Shown here: piece by piece, positions 11,937-24,752 of the stretch
Layout of the letters: each line of letters opens with the position of its first letter
How positions within the stretch are numbered: position 1 is the stretch's first letter
Assembly (NCBI RefSeq): GCF_006345805.1
Contig: NC_043003.1
Coordinates: 22,506,001 to 22,570,000 of the forward strand
Reading direction: 5' to 3'
DNA from: Octopus sinensis
Taxonomy: Eukaryota
Length of the DNA: 64,000 bases
The notes under the pieces: model-generated
Databases searched by the model: none
Told to the model about the DNA's origin: nothing
Seen by the model: the letters and a program-made list of their open reading frames with translations, nothing else
Made by a program: the position numbers and the translations under genes

Positions 11937-12448
11937 TCGTAAATCCTCGAGTATAATCCGCATTTATTTCCCCAAAGTTTAAAGGTCAAAATCCCTAGTG
12001 CGTACTATATACGAGGTTAAAAATGAAAATTATTTTCTAAGCAATGTCCGAGTCTCTATTTGCTGTCCGGCAATGTTTATTCAGACGCATTTTGTGATGT
12101 CGGGTGCGAAAATACCTTAAGCTAAGCTTGAAAGCAATGAAGTCATAAAAGAATCATCGATAACTTGCAGTAAGCAACATTTATTAAACGTTATTACTGT
12201 TAATTCTATATTTTCTGCAAACAAAATGCACAAAAATGCTACACTTTTGCATTATGTTATATATACAATAATAATAAAGGACATTACCATATACATTTTT
12301 ACAAACCAAGGACGTTATATAGACGTCCTCGACTCAAGTTAGAGAAGAGGTGTGTATTATACACAAGGTTTAGGTTTTTCAGAGGTACAACCCCCTAAAA
12401 ATCCCCTGCGTATTATACTCAAGGCCGGACTATACTCGAGGATTTACA
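11937..12448. mobile_element. pogo/Tigger-like MITE with TA TSD in the last GILT intron
   Basis: TA|TCGTAAATCCTCGAGTATAATCCG ... CGGACTATACTCGAGGATTTACAG|TA. Confidence 0.85.
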
Positions 12449-12651
12449 GTACTTACATATATACCTAAGTACGCACACACGCACACATATATATATATGT
12501 ATATATATATAGATATTGATCCTTACATGCATACATTCATACTTGTATATAGATTCTACAATTTACCGAAGAGTGTATATCATAGTCATACCTTTAAACT
12601 ACGGCCATGAGTGTGGGATGTGTATGGGTGTATGTGAGTGGCTGTATGCGT

Positions 12652-12683
<32 letters not shown>

Positions 12684-12789
12684 ATGTACTTACATGCTTG
12701 TGTGAGTGTGTATATGTTTATGTATGTAAGCGAGTTTTTAAACTCAAATATTACACGAATAATAACTTGCCTTTTTCTTTTATTTTTAG

Positions 12790-12825
12790 GGAAGTGATAA
12801 ACCTGCAGCTTGCTCCAAGTCGTAG
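12790..12825 (+). CDS. IFI30: GILT-like terminal coding exon
   Basis: tatttttag|GGA...TAG. Encodes GSDKPAACSKS*, the GILT C-terminal Gx2PxxC. Confidence 0.88.
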   Translation, partial: GSDKPAACSKS

Positions 12826-13003
12826 ACAACATCGCATGGAGATAATTCCTTTGTCCATTAAGTAATTAATACACACACGCGTGCGCGTGCATATACACAC
12901 ACATACATACGCACGCATAGATGCAGTCATAATATTTTTGTATGATTCTATACTGAGACGAAACTGGCCACTGATTGTAAGCAATTGTACCCTCAGTCCC
13001 CGC

Positions 13004-13013
13004 AATAAATAAA
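13004..13013 (+). terminator. Candidate polyadenylation signal (overlapping AATAAA x2) of the GILT-like gene
   Basis: AATAAATAAA about 180 nt after the stop codon; AATAAA is common in AT-rich DNA. Confidence 0.5.
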
Positions 13014-13268
13014 TATATATATCCTACACCGTGACTGAGTTCTTTTACTGTTAGAATTAATCATTTCTAGTAATATTATGTATATATATGAGCGCGTGTA
13101 TGTTTTTGTGCGCGCGCACATTTGTAGCTTAAGAACAGAAAAGGTCGAAGGCTAGGCTCGAGTCCTAGGAGCAACCTTCAAATTTTTCCTCCCAAAGGTT
13201 TTTAAGGCAATATTTACACGCTATTATTTATAGCCTTATCTACTTCGAGTCACATACACACACACACA

Positions 13269-13306
<38 letters not shown>

Positions 13307-14223
13307 GAAAAGACAAAAGGTCCCTCTCGAACCACAGGCTTCTAAAGTCGATTTCCTGGATTCTGTGGCGTATATATTCCGTATTTCCTTCCTGTAAGGG
13401 ATGCCGGCCCGTTGCAGGATCACTAAGATCTGAAACGGAGTGTTTTGCTCTTGAGCACTATGCATTGCTTGGTCCAGGAGTCGAAACTACAATCTTACAA
13501 TCATGAGTACTACACTTTTACCATTAGGCCCTCCACACACACACACACACACACACACCACACACACATACACACACATACACACGCTTTGATAGATAGG
13601 TAGATAAATAGTTAGATGCAACCAACAAATAAATGTTTCGTTGAAATAATGAAAAGTGTCACGCATCAAAATAGCTTTTCAGTTATTCCAGTACATAAAT
13701 CTGTCCTGAATGTCTAGATTAATAAAACGATAGCCGTCAAGTATGAACGTAGGAAGTGATACCTACCAAGTATGAATGAATATTTGTATTTCGGACCTAA
13801 CAACGGAATGATACTACATAAAATATAGATTCTGTAAATTATCTTCGAGAATGTGAGCTTTTGGAAATGTACGCTTTAGGTTCGGTTGTTGCTATTGTAC
13901 TTAATAAACATTATACTTTTGAAGACGAGTTCATACAAGAGTTTTGTCTGTATTATTAATTAGGAAGAATTCAGAGTTTAATAGCTGTGAAAGAATTTTA
14001 TATATATATATATATAGGGAAATAGGAAGATAAAGTATATAATGGTTATGTAATATGATACGATATAGTATAATATTATAGAATATAATATCAAAGAATA
14101 AAATATAATATTAATATGGGATAAATGATTACTTTGAAAAGTCAATTTTAGATAATAAAGACAAAAGAAAGTAAAGAGAAACCAGTTTTGGTGCAGGAGA
14201 GATATGTATGTATGTATATCATA

Positions 14224-14254
<31 letters not shown>

Positions 14255-14329
14255 AGATATAGATATAGATATAGATATAGATATATATATATATATAGGA
14301 GACCAAAGCGTAAGTACGTCGCTATATTT

Positions 14330-14780
14330 TATATATAAAAAATACAAAAATGGGACAAGAACGCAAAACATCCAGACAGTTAGGTGAAACAAAAAATGGA
14401 CAACAAAATATCAACACTGACGATACAAGGAAAACAAGGACGGATCGTTCGAAGTTTTCTATCCTCAGTCGAGTTCCAGATTATCTTTGCAATTTCGGCT
14501 GGTTATACTCGACATTGCGCCAATCTGGCCAGCCCCAAGGAAAAAATAAGCCCAGAGCATTACATTCCTTGGAAGAAAGCGCAGCGAATGTATACGAAAA
14601 CAAGGACGGAAAAAACCCCCAGAAATGTTACACAAATACAAATCACAGGACATAACAACAGGTGTCTTTCGACTAAGGACGAATTAAATTAAGCTGACGT
14701 GTGTGGAAGTATAGCCTTACAGTAGGGACATAAGATTTAACTAGCACAGGAAGGAATATAGATGTTGCAACATCTATATT
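14330..14780. repeat. Unclassified interspersed repeat, copy 2
   Basis: Matches 8945-9420. Confidence 0.75.
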
Positions 14781-14879
14781 CCATACAACACCAGAGATAC
14801 CATAAGAGATATGGAAACATGGGTGTCCTGTCATACATGTTAAACTCCATGAGCTCCTCGTCGCATGCTGGGAACAGGG

Positions 14880-15680
14880 CAAGCTGCCACAAGATCTCTG
14901 CAATTCTGTCATCATTACACTATACAAAAACAAAGGGAAAAAGGGGGATCACCCTGCTTTCCACTGCAGGAAACGTTCTATCAAGATTACACCTCAACAG
15001 ACTTGTTCCGTCCATTGCCGAAATTCATCTTCTAGAAAGCCAATGTGGTTTCAGAGCCAACAGGAGCAAAACAGATATAGTTTTCGTTCTCAGGTAGCTC
15101 CAAGACAAGTGCCGGAAGCAAAACAAACCACTTAATGTAACATTTGTCGATCTGATGAAAGTGTTCGAGACAGTGATCAGAAAAGGTCTGTGGCAGATCC
15201 TAAGCCGACTTGGCTGTACCATCAAATTTCTAACCATGATCATCCAGCTTCACGAAGTCCAGCAAGGACAAGCCTGTCTGAATAGCGATATATCAGCCAT
15301 TCCCCATCAACAACGGCGTGCAGCAGAGCTGTGTCCTTGCACCAACTCTCTTCAGCATGATGCTCATGCAGGCCACTGCAGTCCTCGACGCTGAAGACGG
15401 CGTCTACATCAGGTAGTGTCTGGAAGGCAGCCTTTTCAATCTCCGGCGCCTACTGACCCACACCAAGACTTAAGAGCAATTGGTCCAGGACCTCCTCTTT
15501 GCAGATGATGCTACACTTGTCGCACACACAGAAAGAGCCCTGCAGCGCATCACATCCTGATTTACAGAGGCCGTCCAGCTCATAGTGCTGGAAGTAAGCT
15601 TGAAAAAGCCTCAAGTCCTACACCAACCAGCAGTCACTCATGCATACCAGCCTCCCCCTCTCCACGCCACCAATGTCATC
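14880..15680 (+). pseudogene. Decayed RTE-clade LINE reverse transcriptase
   Basis: IITLYKNKG..GITLLSTAGNVLSRL..ESQCGFRANRS..FVDLMKVFETV..LFADD, with stops and frameshifts. Confidence 0.88.
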
Positions 15681-16240
15681 GAAGGGAATGGCAAAGGCTG
15701 ATACAGCTTGGCATCAGTGACACTGCAACTCATTTCTACAGCTGAGTGAACTGGAGCAATGCGAAATAAAGTGTCTTGCTTAAGAAAACAACAGACAGCC
15801 TGCCCCAGGAATGCTGATGTAAATGACACTTTTACGTCATGCTGACATAGAGGTAGCTGATGACAATGCAGTAAAGAAACCTCTTGTCAAATGAGCAAAT
15901 TAGTGGCAAAAGAGGAGTGCTGCAGTTTATCTCTTTGTTTCAAAATGTCAGTGTATGTGTACCACATACACTGACATTTTGGATTTCAACCAACACGTGA
16001 AGTTGATGAACAATAAGAGCACAAGAACTTCCCTTTGTACTCACCAATTTCTTAGTTGGTTGGCATGTATACTCATGGATGAGCTTGTTCGATTGGCCCT
16101 CATGGCATTGAGCAAGTTGCCCAGAATATGGAGAATTTGCAAGCTCAAATCTCCACCACTTGAAGCATAAAACCCATTTCTGTTAAGTTCTTTCAGTAAT
16201 GGAGTCTTCTCTGCACACAGTGCAAATATCTTGCACTGAT

Positions 16241-16850
16241 TCTCGGAGTGGTTGGCGTTAGGAAAGGCATCCAGCTGTAGAAACTCTGCCAGATCAGATT
16301 GGAGTCTGGTGCAGCCATCTGGTTCGCCAGACCTCAGTCAAATCGTCCAACCCATGCTAGCATGGAAAGTGGACGTTAAATGATGATGATGATGATATAA
16401 TATATATATATATATATATATATAAATATATATAATGGAGAAATTGAACAAAACATATAAATAGATGATGAGTAAAGCACTGGGCACAGGTTCAGTCCCA
16501 CTGCTTGGCACCTTGGGCAAGTGTCTTCTACTATAGCCTCGGGCCGACCAAAGCCTTGTGAGTGGATTTGGTAGACGGAAACTGAAAGAAGCCCGTCGTA
16601 TATATATATATATGTGTGCGTGTGTGTGTGTGTGTGTATGTTTGTGTGTCTGTGTTTGTCCTCCCCGACATCGCTTGACAACCGATGCTGGTGTGTTTAC
16701 GTCCCCGTAACTTAGCGGTTCAGCAAAAAGCGACCGATAGAATAAGTACTAGGCTTACAAAGAATAAGTCCTGGTGTCGATTTGCTCGACTAAAGGCGGT
16801 GCTCCAGCATGGCCACAGTCAAATGACTGAAACAAGTAAAAGAATAAAAA
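16241..16850 (+). mobile_element. SINE/LINE-tail fragment (16241-16395) followed by a family C SINE (about 16490-16850)
   Basis: CTCGGAGTGGTTGGCGTTAGGAA...GATGATGAT, which is also present inverted at about 36165-36340; the family C body follows. Confidence 0.75.
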
Positions 16851-17394
16851 GAGTAATCGTAAACACACATACATACACATATATATACACAAAAACGTAC
16901 ATACGTACAACTCACTTTTACTCTGTGTATATCTATATATATATATATATATATATGCATATGAATGTATATATATATATATGTAGGTGTATGTGAGTAT
17001 GTATATGTATGTATACATGTGTGTGTGTTTGTGTGTGTGTTTGTGTGTGTGTATGTGTTGCTTCTTCGTTATACCTTATATCTCGGTTTACATCTGTAAT
17101 CTGGAAATTTCTGATTTGTTTATAATCGCTCGAGTTTTCAATCCTTCTTCCCCCCCGCTCGCTCTTCCCCCTCCCTCCCTGCCACACATACAACACAACT
17201 TCTCTCCTCATCATCTGCTGATCTTACTCCCGTTCTCTCACCCCCACTCTTCCCTTCTCTCTCTCTTTCTCTCTCCCCCTCTCTCTCTTTCTCTCTCCCC
17301 CTCTCTCTCTCTCTCTCCTTCAAATTTCCGTTTCTATAGCATTACAATTTTTTTTTATTGTTTGGGAAAGCTGACAACATTCTTTATGCGTATT

Positions 17395-18450
17395 AGCAAC
17401 ACCAACACCGCCAGCGACATCACCATCAACACCGCCGACAGCAATGGCAGCACCAACACCACCACCACCACCACCAATGCCACAACCATCACCACTAACA
17501 ACAACACCACCAAGATCGGCAACACCACCACAATCACCACAATCACCCTCACCACAATCACGACGAACACTACTGCAACCGTAGCTACCATATCCATCAT
17601 ATCCACAACTGCTGCAACCACTAAAAACCTCACAATCACCAATGTAACCACCATCACCACCACTACCACCACCACCACCACCACCACCACCATCAACATC
17701 ACCACCATCGGCACTACAACCACTACCATAACTACTGCCATCATCACCGCCACTTTCATCGCTACCACCATCACACCTGCCACCACCACTACCACTACCA
17801 CCATTACTAACACCACCACCACCACCACCACCACCTTCCACCACTACTATCGCCACCACCACCACCACCACCACCACCTTCCACCACTACTATCGCCACC
17901 ATCGGCACTACAATCACTACCATAACTACTGCCATCATCACCGCCGCTTTCATCGCTACGACCTTCACACCTGCCACCACCACTAACACCACAACCACCA
18001 CCACCACTACTACCACTATTACCACCACCACCACCACCACCACTACTACCATCGCCACCTTCAGCACTACAACCACTACCATAACTGCTGCCATCATCAC
18101 CGCCGCTTTCATCGTTACGACCATCACACCACCACCACCACCACCACACCACCACCACCACCACCCACCACCATCACCATCGCAACCGCCACAGGTGCAA
18201 CTCATACAACTACCACCACCACCACACCACCACCACCACCACCACCACCACAACCACCACCATCACCACCACCACCACCACCACCACCACCTCAACCATC
18301 ACCATCACCACGGCAACCACCAAAACTATCACCAACAATCACCACCACCACCGCCGCCACAATCTCAACGATTTCAACCATCACAACCATCGCATCGGAA
18401 ACCACCATAACACCACCACCACCACTATTACAACAACAACAACAACGATT
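17395..18450. repeat. Degenerate (ACC)n/(ACT)n low-complexity tract with internal higher-order repeats
   Basis: Directly visible; the block CATCGGCACTACAACCACTACCATAACTACTGCCATCATCACCGCC recurs near 17705, 17900 and 18058. Confidence 0.9.
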
Positions 18451-19014
18451 TTTTTCAGTTTATCATTAGTTACATCGTTTATCCTTTTTATTTTTGTAAT
18501 ATGTCTTTCATTTCTTCGAGTCTTCTTTTTTTATTTTTCACCTCTTCATTTCTTCGAATTTTTCTTCCATTTCCTGACTTTATATTTATTAACTAAAACC
18601 TAAAGATCATGAATCACTAAAACAAAAAACAAAACCAAAAAGAAACAAAAAAGAAAAAAAGGAAAAAAAAAATCTATAAAACACAAGTGATATAACGTGT
18701 TAAACCAAACCCAAAATAAACGTAAATATTAAAACATCGGTTGACATGCTTCAAGCAAAGCACAATAATTCAAAGAAGTCAATCCTCCCTTCTCTATTAA
18801 CACATATTACCAGTATACAGCGATTGCAATAAACCAAAGAGAGAGAGCCTCTCTATATATATACGTAGCTGAGCTATCTAATGAAATTGCTGTTAAATAT
18901 TCCTCAAAGCACATTCTAAAATTGTGGTTGGTTTTCTGTTTTATGACATCGTTGCAGCCTTGGAGAGCGAAGAAAATAATATTGGCGCACTTTACGTAAA
19001 AAGTTAAATAAGGC

Positions 19015-19320
19015 GCAGCTGTGTGGTTTTTTTTTTGCTGAACCACGAAGTTACGGAGCTGTAAACACACCAACAACAGTTGTCAAACGGTGGGTAGAGA
19101 CAACAGGTATACAAAGACACATGTATGTATGTACATATGTATGATATAAATAATATATAAATATATGCATATATACATACATACATCTATATGTATATAT
19201 ACATGCATATATGGGTACAGGACATAAAAATAACGTTGCCCAAGGTGCCACGCAGTGGGACTGAACACGGAACCATGTGGTTGATAAGCAAGCTACTTAC
19301 CACACAACCACTCCTGCACC
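19015..19320 (-). mobile_element. Family C SINE
   Basis: Reverse complement of the family C head (GGAGTGGTTGTGTGGTAAGTAGCTTGC). Confidence 0.75.
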
Positions 19321-19339
19321 TGTGCATAATTTTTACTGT

Positions 19340-19890
19340 GAATAATTTAAATGAAAGACTCGAGAAAATTTTACCAGGAAATGAACTAACAAATCTATAA
19401 ACTGCTGATGACTTGGGAATTGTCAATTACCCAGTTGTGTTCTTAAAATCACTGGAGCTACGAGGAGCTTCTCCTCATATCCTTCAATTGAAAATAAGCG
19501 CTCCAATCATGCCTCTGCAGAACTTTTCGCAATCTAAGCTGTGCAATGACACAGAACTTGTGAAGAAATTAATGAGAAATGTCATAAATGCCACAGCATC
19601 TATGGAAACGACAAAGTTGTTTTTATTTCCCACTTACCTTTAATACCTTCCGATATGCCCTTCGAATTCAAATGACTTCAGTTTCCAATACGTCTGTCTT
19701 TTGCGATGTCTATTAATAAGTCCCAAGATCAGACTTTGAAAGTTACTGCTTTGCAATTAGACGAAGACTGTTTTTCACACAGTCAGTTATATGTTAGGAC
19801 TCCGAAGTGGGGAGCAAGAACAATCTTTTTATTTTCGCCCCTACTGGTAAAACCCGAAATATTGTATATAAGGAAGTTTTTAGCATGGGA
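19340..19890 (+). pseudogene. Helitron Rep/Hel PIF1-type helicase C-terminal remnant
   Basis: [78 protein letters not shown]. Confidence 0.9.
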
Positions 19891-20143
19891 TCAACAAACT
19901 TAAATTTTCCAAATGAATAATAACCTTGAATTAATTCTGTCAACGTCACACTACATTCGTCTAAGAAAAGCTATTTATATTTTTGTTTGTTGTAATAGTT
20001 AAGTTTAATAAATTATAGCACATACATTTTTAGTTTTCCCGAACTTATATTTAGTTATCTTGTACTATATATAAGCCAAAGTCTATGCGATGTTTGCTTC
20101 ATTTATAGACTGAAATACTTGAGATCGTACACCAGAAGTTTAT

Positions 20144-21700
20144 ATGCGCAAACCTGTAGAAATCTTTACTGCTACAGAAGCTGAACGGGAGGCAGTAAGA
20201 ACTGATTACATCGAAATCGAAGAAAATGATGTTACGCAGCCAATAGATGATATAGACGCATACTCAGCTGCTGGCTCTGATGGATTCCCAGCAATCCTCC
20301 TCAACTCATGCAAACGAGTCCTTGCAAAATCATTGCAGCTACTTTTTCAGAGCTCCCTAGCAAATGGCAAGCTCCCGGACAAACTAAAGGAGGGAATGAT
20401 ATGCCCTATCCATAAAGGAGGAAGCAGAGCAGATGCTAAAAACTATAGGCCTATCTCTCTGACCTCACACATCAGCAAAGTCGTGGAACAAATTGTCCGA
20501 TGGAAATTAATTGCATTCCTTGAAGAAGAATGACTTGCTGACTGACACCCAGCATGGTTTTCGACCAGGTAGAAGCTGCCTAACACAGCTCTTGCAGCAT
20601 TACGACCGGGTGCTAAAGCAGCTGCTCAACAACTCAAATGTGCACATGATATACCTCGACTTCATAAAAGCCTTTGACAAAGTCGATCATGATATGATTT
20701 CTCACAAGCTCCGAAATCTTGCCATATTTAGAAAACTTGGAGAATGACTAGATTACTTTCTAAACGATAGAAGTTGGGTAGTGGGGATCAATGGGGCACC
20801 TCCAAGAAAATACAAATAAAGAGTGGTGTTCACAAGGGCACTGTCCTGGGGCCACTGTCATTCATAGTGGCCCTCTCTGCTCAGATACCTACTCTTGCTA
20901 GCTATGCAGACTATACAAAGAGTATCTCAAAGGATACAGAACCCTGGAGACGTTGTGCATCTGCAACGTGAGTTGGACACAATATACATGTGTGCTCTGG
21001 AAAGTAATATGCAGTTTAATGCTGGAAAATTCCAAGCCCTGCGCTACCAACACAAGAAGTTCATTGAAAAGCAGATAGGTTGCACTGGCCCAGGAGGGAT
21101 TCCAATCTCTAAATCAAAATCAGTGCGGGAAAGATATGCAATAATATACATGAGTAATGATGCATCTTTACAGGTGCACGTTTCTAAATTGGAAATAAAA
21201 TGCAAACATCTTGACAGGTGGATCCTTCGAGCTTTCAAAACAAGAGAAAAGGAAACCATGATAGTCTTCTGGAGGATTTTCGTTCTCAGCCGTCTGGATT
21301 GCTGCTCCCAACTGTAGTCACCAAGCAGTGTAAAATTAACGACGGAACTCGAGGCGATCCAGCGAAGCTACACAAGGAAGATCGATACAATGTGACATAT
21401 CAGCTACTGGAAGATACTGAAAGAGCTAAGACTCTACTCCCTGGGGCGAAGACGGGAAAGATATGCAGTAATATACATCTGGAAAATCCTAGAAAACTTG
21501 TTCCAAACTTTGGCTTTGTCACTTACATAAACAGCAGGACGGGGCGCTACTGTAGCATGGTACCAAAGGTCCCAACATTGCCATCAGGATACAGGACCAG
21601 ATACTGCAACAGTTTGGAATTCAAAGGCCCACAGCTATTCAATACCCTCTCACAAAGCCTGAGAGACCTGCTGCTATGTTTGCCAGAGAAACTCTTTGGC
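20144..21700 (+). pseudogene. Decayed CR1-group LINE reverse transcriptase
   Basis: AAGSDGFPAILL..PIHKGGSRADAKNYRPISLTSHISKVVE..QHGFRPGRSCLTQL..YLDFIKAFDKVDH..GTVLGPL..YADY; frameshifted. Confidence 0.88.
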
Positions 21701-21929
21701 CTCGCCGAGGACAAAGCAACCTCATTAGTACTGGTGCAATAACAAAATACTCCAAGTACACTCAATCAGTCATGCAGCTGGCGTTAGGAGGGAAGTCCAG
21801 CCATAGAAAGCACGTTAAAAGTGGAATTTCTCCTGGGAAAGGACAGGGGATAATGACTAGTACGGGGCCTGAAGGGGTTAAATATAAGGGTTGAAATTTA
21901 TCACTTGTTTTCGCTATTTACATATGAAA

Positions 21930-22244
21930 TGTGGGGGTGCAATGGCCCAGTGGTTAGGGCAGCGGACTCGCGGTTGTAGGATCGCGGTTTCGATTCCCAG
22001 ACCAGGCGTTGTGAGTGTTTATTTAGCGAAAACACCTAAAGCTCCACGTGGCTCCGGCAGGGGATGGTGGCGATCCCTGCTGTACTCTTTCGCCACAACT
22101 TTCTCTCACTCTTTCTTCTGTTGGCTGCTCGCTTAGCCAGCGGGGTGGCGCCATTTGAAGGCTAAAACAATGCGAAAGCGCATTGTGACCAGCGATGTGT
22201 AGCAACATCTGATAACCTGGTCGGTCACGGGGATCACGGTCATC
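21930..22244 (+). mobile_element. Family B SINE with 10-bp TSD
   Basis: ACATATGAAA at 21920-21929 and 22245-22254. Confidence 0.85.
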
Positions 22245-23466
22245 ACATATGAAACAACAGCTTTCTCGACAAGCAACGTTCGTGACAGTTGTAAAATCTG
22301 TCTGAAAATACGTTCAGTATATTCTGTCAAATAGTAGGCGTTGCGAAGGACATGCAACCATAAAAAGCACGTCAAAAGTGGAATTTCTCATTGGAAGGAA
22401 GGACAGAACATAATGACAAGTGTGGGGTCTGAAGGGGTTAAATATAGGAGTCCAAATTCATCACTAGTTTTCACTATTTACAAATGAAACAACAGCTTTG
22501 TCGACTAGCAGCATTCGTGACAGCTGCAGAATCTGTCTGACAATGATTACACATGAAAAGGTAAGATAATTATATAAATTATATAGAAAAACATTGCAAA
22601 CCGATTAAAGTGCTTAAATGAAGTGTTTAAACACGAACAGTATCAAACGACGTAATTATTTGTTTTAACCCATAATACTTAACATTATATAAGCAATCTC
22701 TTGCAACTACCCTGCCTGATAGCAGTGAATACATAAAAGAAAAAAACTCAACAAAAAATAAAAATAAAACTTCTCTGTAGTCATATTTCTGTAATGATAT
22801 AATGGTTTCAAGAGCTATACTTAGTGATTAGACCATACTCAATCAGTGTTTAATGAGGAGAGAAATAGACGGTAGAGTCTCACAATATATTCGATCAATA
22901 CCATAATAATCAAATTACAGCATAATATACAGATAAGGAAGCGGCGAGTTGGCAGAATCGTTAGCAAACCGGGCAAGCTGCTTAGTTGCATTTCGTCCGA
23001 CTTTACATTCTGAGTTCAAATTCCGCCGTGGTCGAATTTGCTTTTCATCCTTTCGAGGTCAATAAAATAAGTACCAGTTGATTACTGAGGTCGATGTAAT
23101 CGACTTAACCCTTCCCCTAAATTGCTCTCCTTGTGCCAAATTTGAAATTAATATACAGATAAGAGAGGTGAAGTGATAGAATAGCTACAGCATCAGATAG
23201 GATCTCTCTGTACTTTGAGTTCAAATCGGCCGAGGGTTAGCCTATATTTTAGCATTTATATAGATCAATGAGAAGTGGCAGAGTCTTTATAACATCGGAT
23301 CGTATGCTTGCCGGTATTTATTTCTATTCTTTGAGTTAAAATATGGTCGAGGTTCAAATTCTCTTTCCATCCTCCCGGAGTTCATAAAATATAATACCAA
23401 CCATGTCTTGGGGTCAATTTATTCGACTAACTCTTCCCCCATCAAATTTCAGGCCTTATGTCTTTA

Positions 23467-23880
23467 TGCGGCGAGCAGGCAGAAACGTTAGCACGCCGGG
23501 CGAAATGCTTTGCAGTATTTCGTCTGCTGCTACGTTCTGAGTTCAAATTCCGCCGAGGTCGACTTTGCCTTTCATCCTTTCGGGGTCGATTAAATAAGTG
23601 CCAGTTACGCACTGGGGTCGATGTAATCGACTTAATCCGTTTTTCTGTCCTTGTTTGTCTCCTCTGTGTTTAGCCCCTTGTGGGTAGTAAAGAAATAGGT
23701 ATTTCGTCTGCCGTTACGTTCTGAGTTCAAATTCCGCCAAGGTCGACTTTGCCTTTCATCCTTTCGGGTTCGATGAATTAAGTACCAGTTACGCACTGGG
23801 GTCAATGTGATCGACTTAATCCGTTTGTCTGTCCTTGTTTGCCTCCTCTATGTTTAGCCCCTTGTGGGCAATAAACAAAT
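23467..23880 (+). mobile_element. Family A SINE, head plus two body units
   Basis: The tail AAAGAAATAG runs directly into the internal GTATTTCGTCTGCC and the body repeats. Confidence 0.85.
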
Positions 23881-24660
23881 AAGTAATTTGATTAGGGTAA
23901 ACCCGCTCGCTATGCTGGGAAGATATTTATTGAAATTTTTGCTTCTTGCAAAACGCTGCATGAACACTATCGATGCTAATTAATTTCAAATATATGAAAC
24001 TTTAACTTCGATCCTTAATTATTTCGCAAACATACAAACTTAAATCATAAAATATATAACCCCCACTCCCTAAAATTATTGCTGTTGTAACAAAATTTCA
24101 AACCGTTATTAGTACTATTAAAATAAATAAATAAATGCGCCCTTTTAAAGCCTAGCCAGACTCATGGGCCCGGTTTCCCGGTTTCCATGGCGTATGTGTT
24201 CCCAAGATGGATGGGACGCCAGTCCATCGCAGCGTTACTCATTTTTGCCAGCTGAGCGGACTGGCGCAACTTGAAATGAAATGTTCTGCTCAAGAACACA
24301 ACGCGTCGCCCGGCACAGGAATCGAAATCACAATCTTACGATCATGATGCTGACACCTTAACCACTAAGCCACGCGTCTCCACTATTATTACTTTTATCT
24401 TAATACAATTTATGGTGATATTATTGTCAGGTCTATAATTTTGGTGCAGTTGGTAACACGCTGGGCAGTAATTAATTTTGTTGATTAATGAGTCAGCTTT
24501 GGCATTGCATTTTATCCGATCGTTGGTCTGCAGGAAATATTTACCGTATTCAGTTCAATAGACAACAGCTGCTCCTGTACATCAGCTGTGTGTGTGTAGG
24601 CACATATAATACTATGCAATAGAAATACACATTCAAGGGGTCACAAAGTGACCGGGGTGC

Positions 24661-24752
24661 ACCAAAACAAAAAAGGTGTCGTGAGTAGAGACCAAAACCA
24701 AAAAGGTGTCGTGAATAGAGACCAAAACCAAACAGGTGTCATGAGTAGAGAC
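24661..24752. repeat. 30-bp tandem repeat x3
   Basis: CCAAAA(C/A)CAAAAAGGTGTCGTGA(G/A)TAGAGA, head-to-tail with no spacers. Confidence 0.85.

Noticed and set aside
21930-22010. tRNA gene-like sequence (also at 28722, 56040 and elsewhere)
   Set aside because: These are SINE heads followed by SINE bodies and TSDs; no full cloverleaf.
24661-24752. 30-bp repeats resembling CRISPR direct repeats
   Set aside because: No spacers, no cas genes, eukaryotic context.
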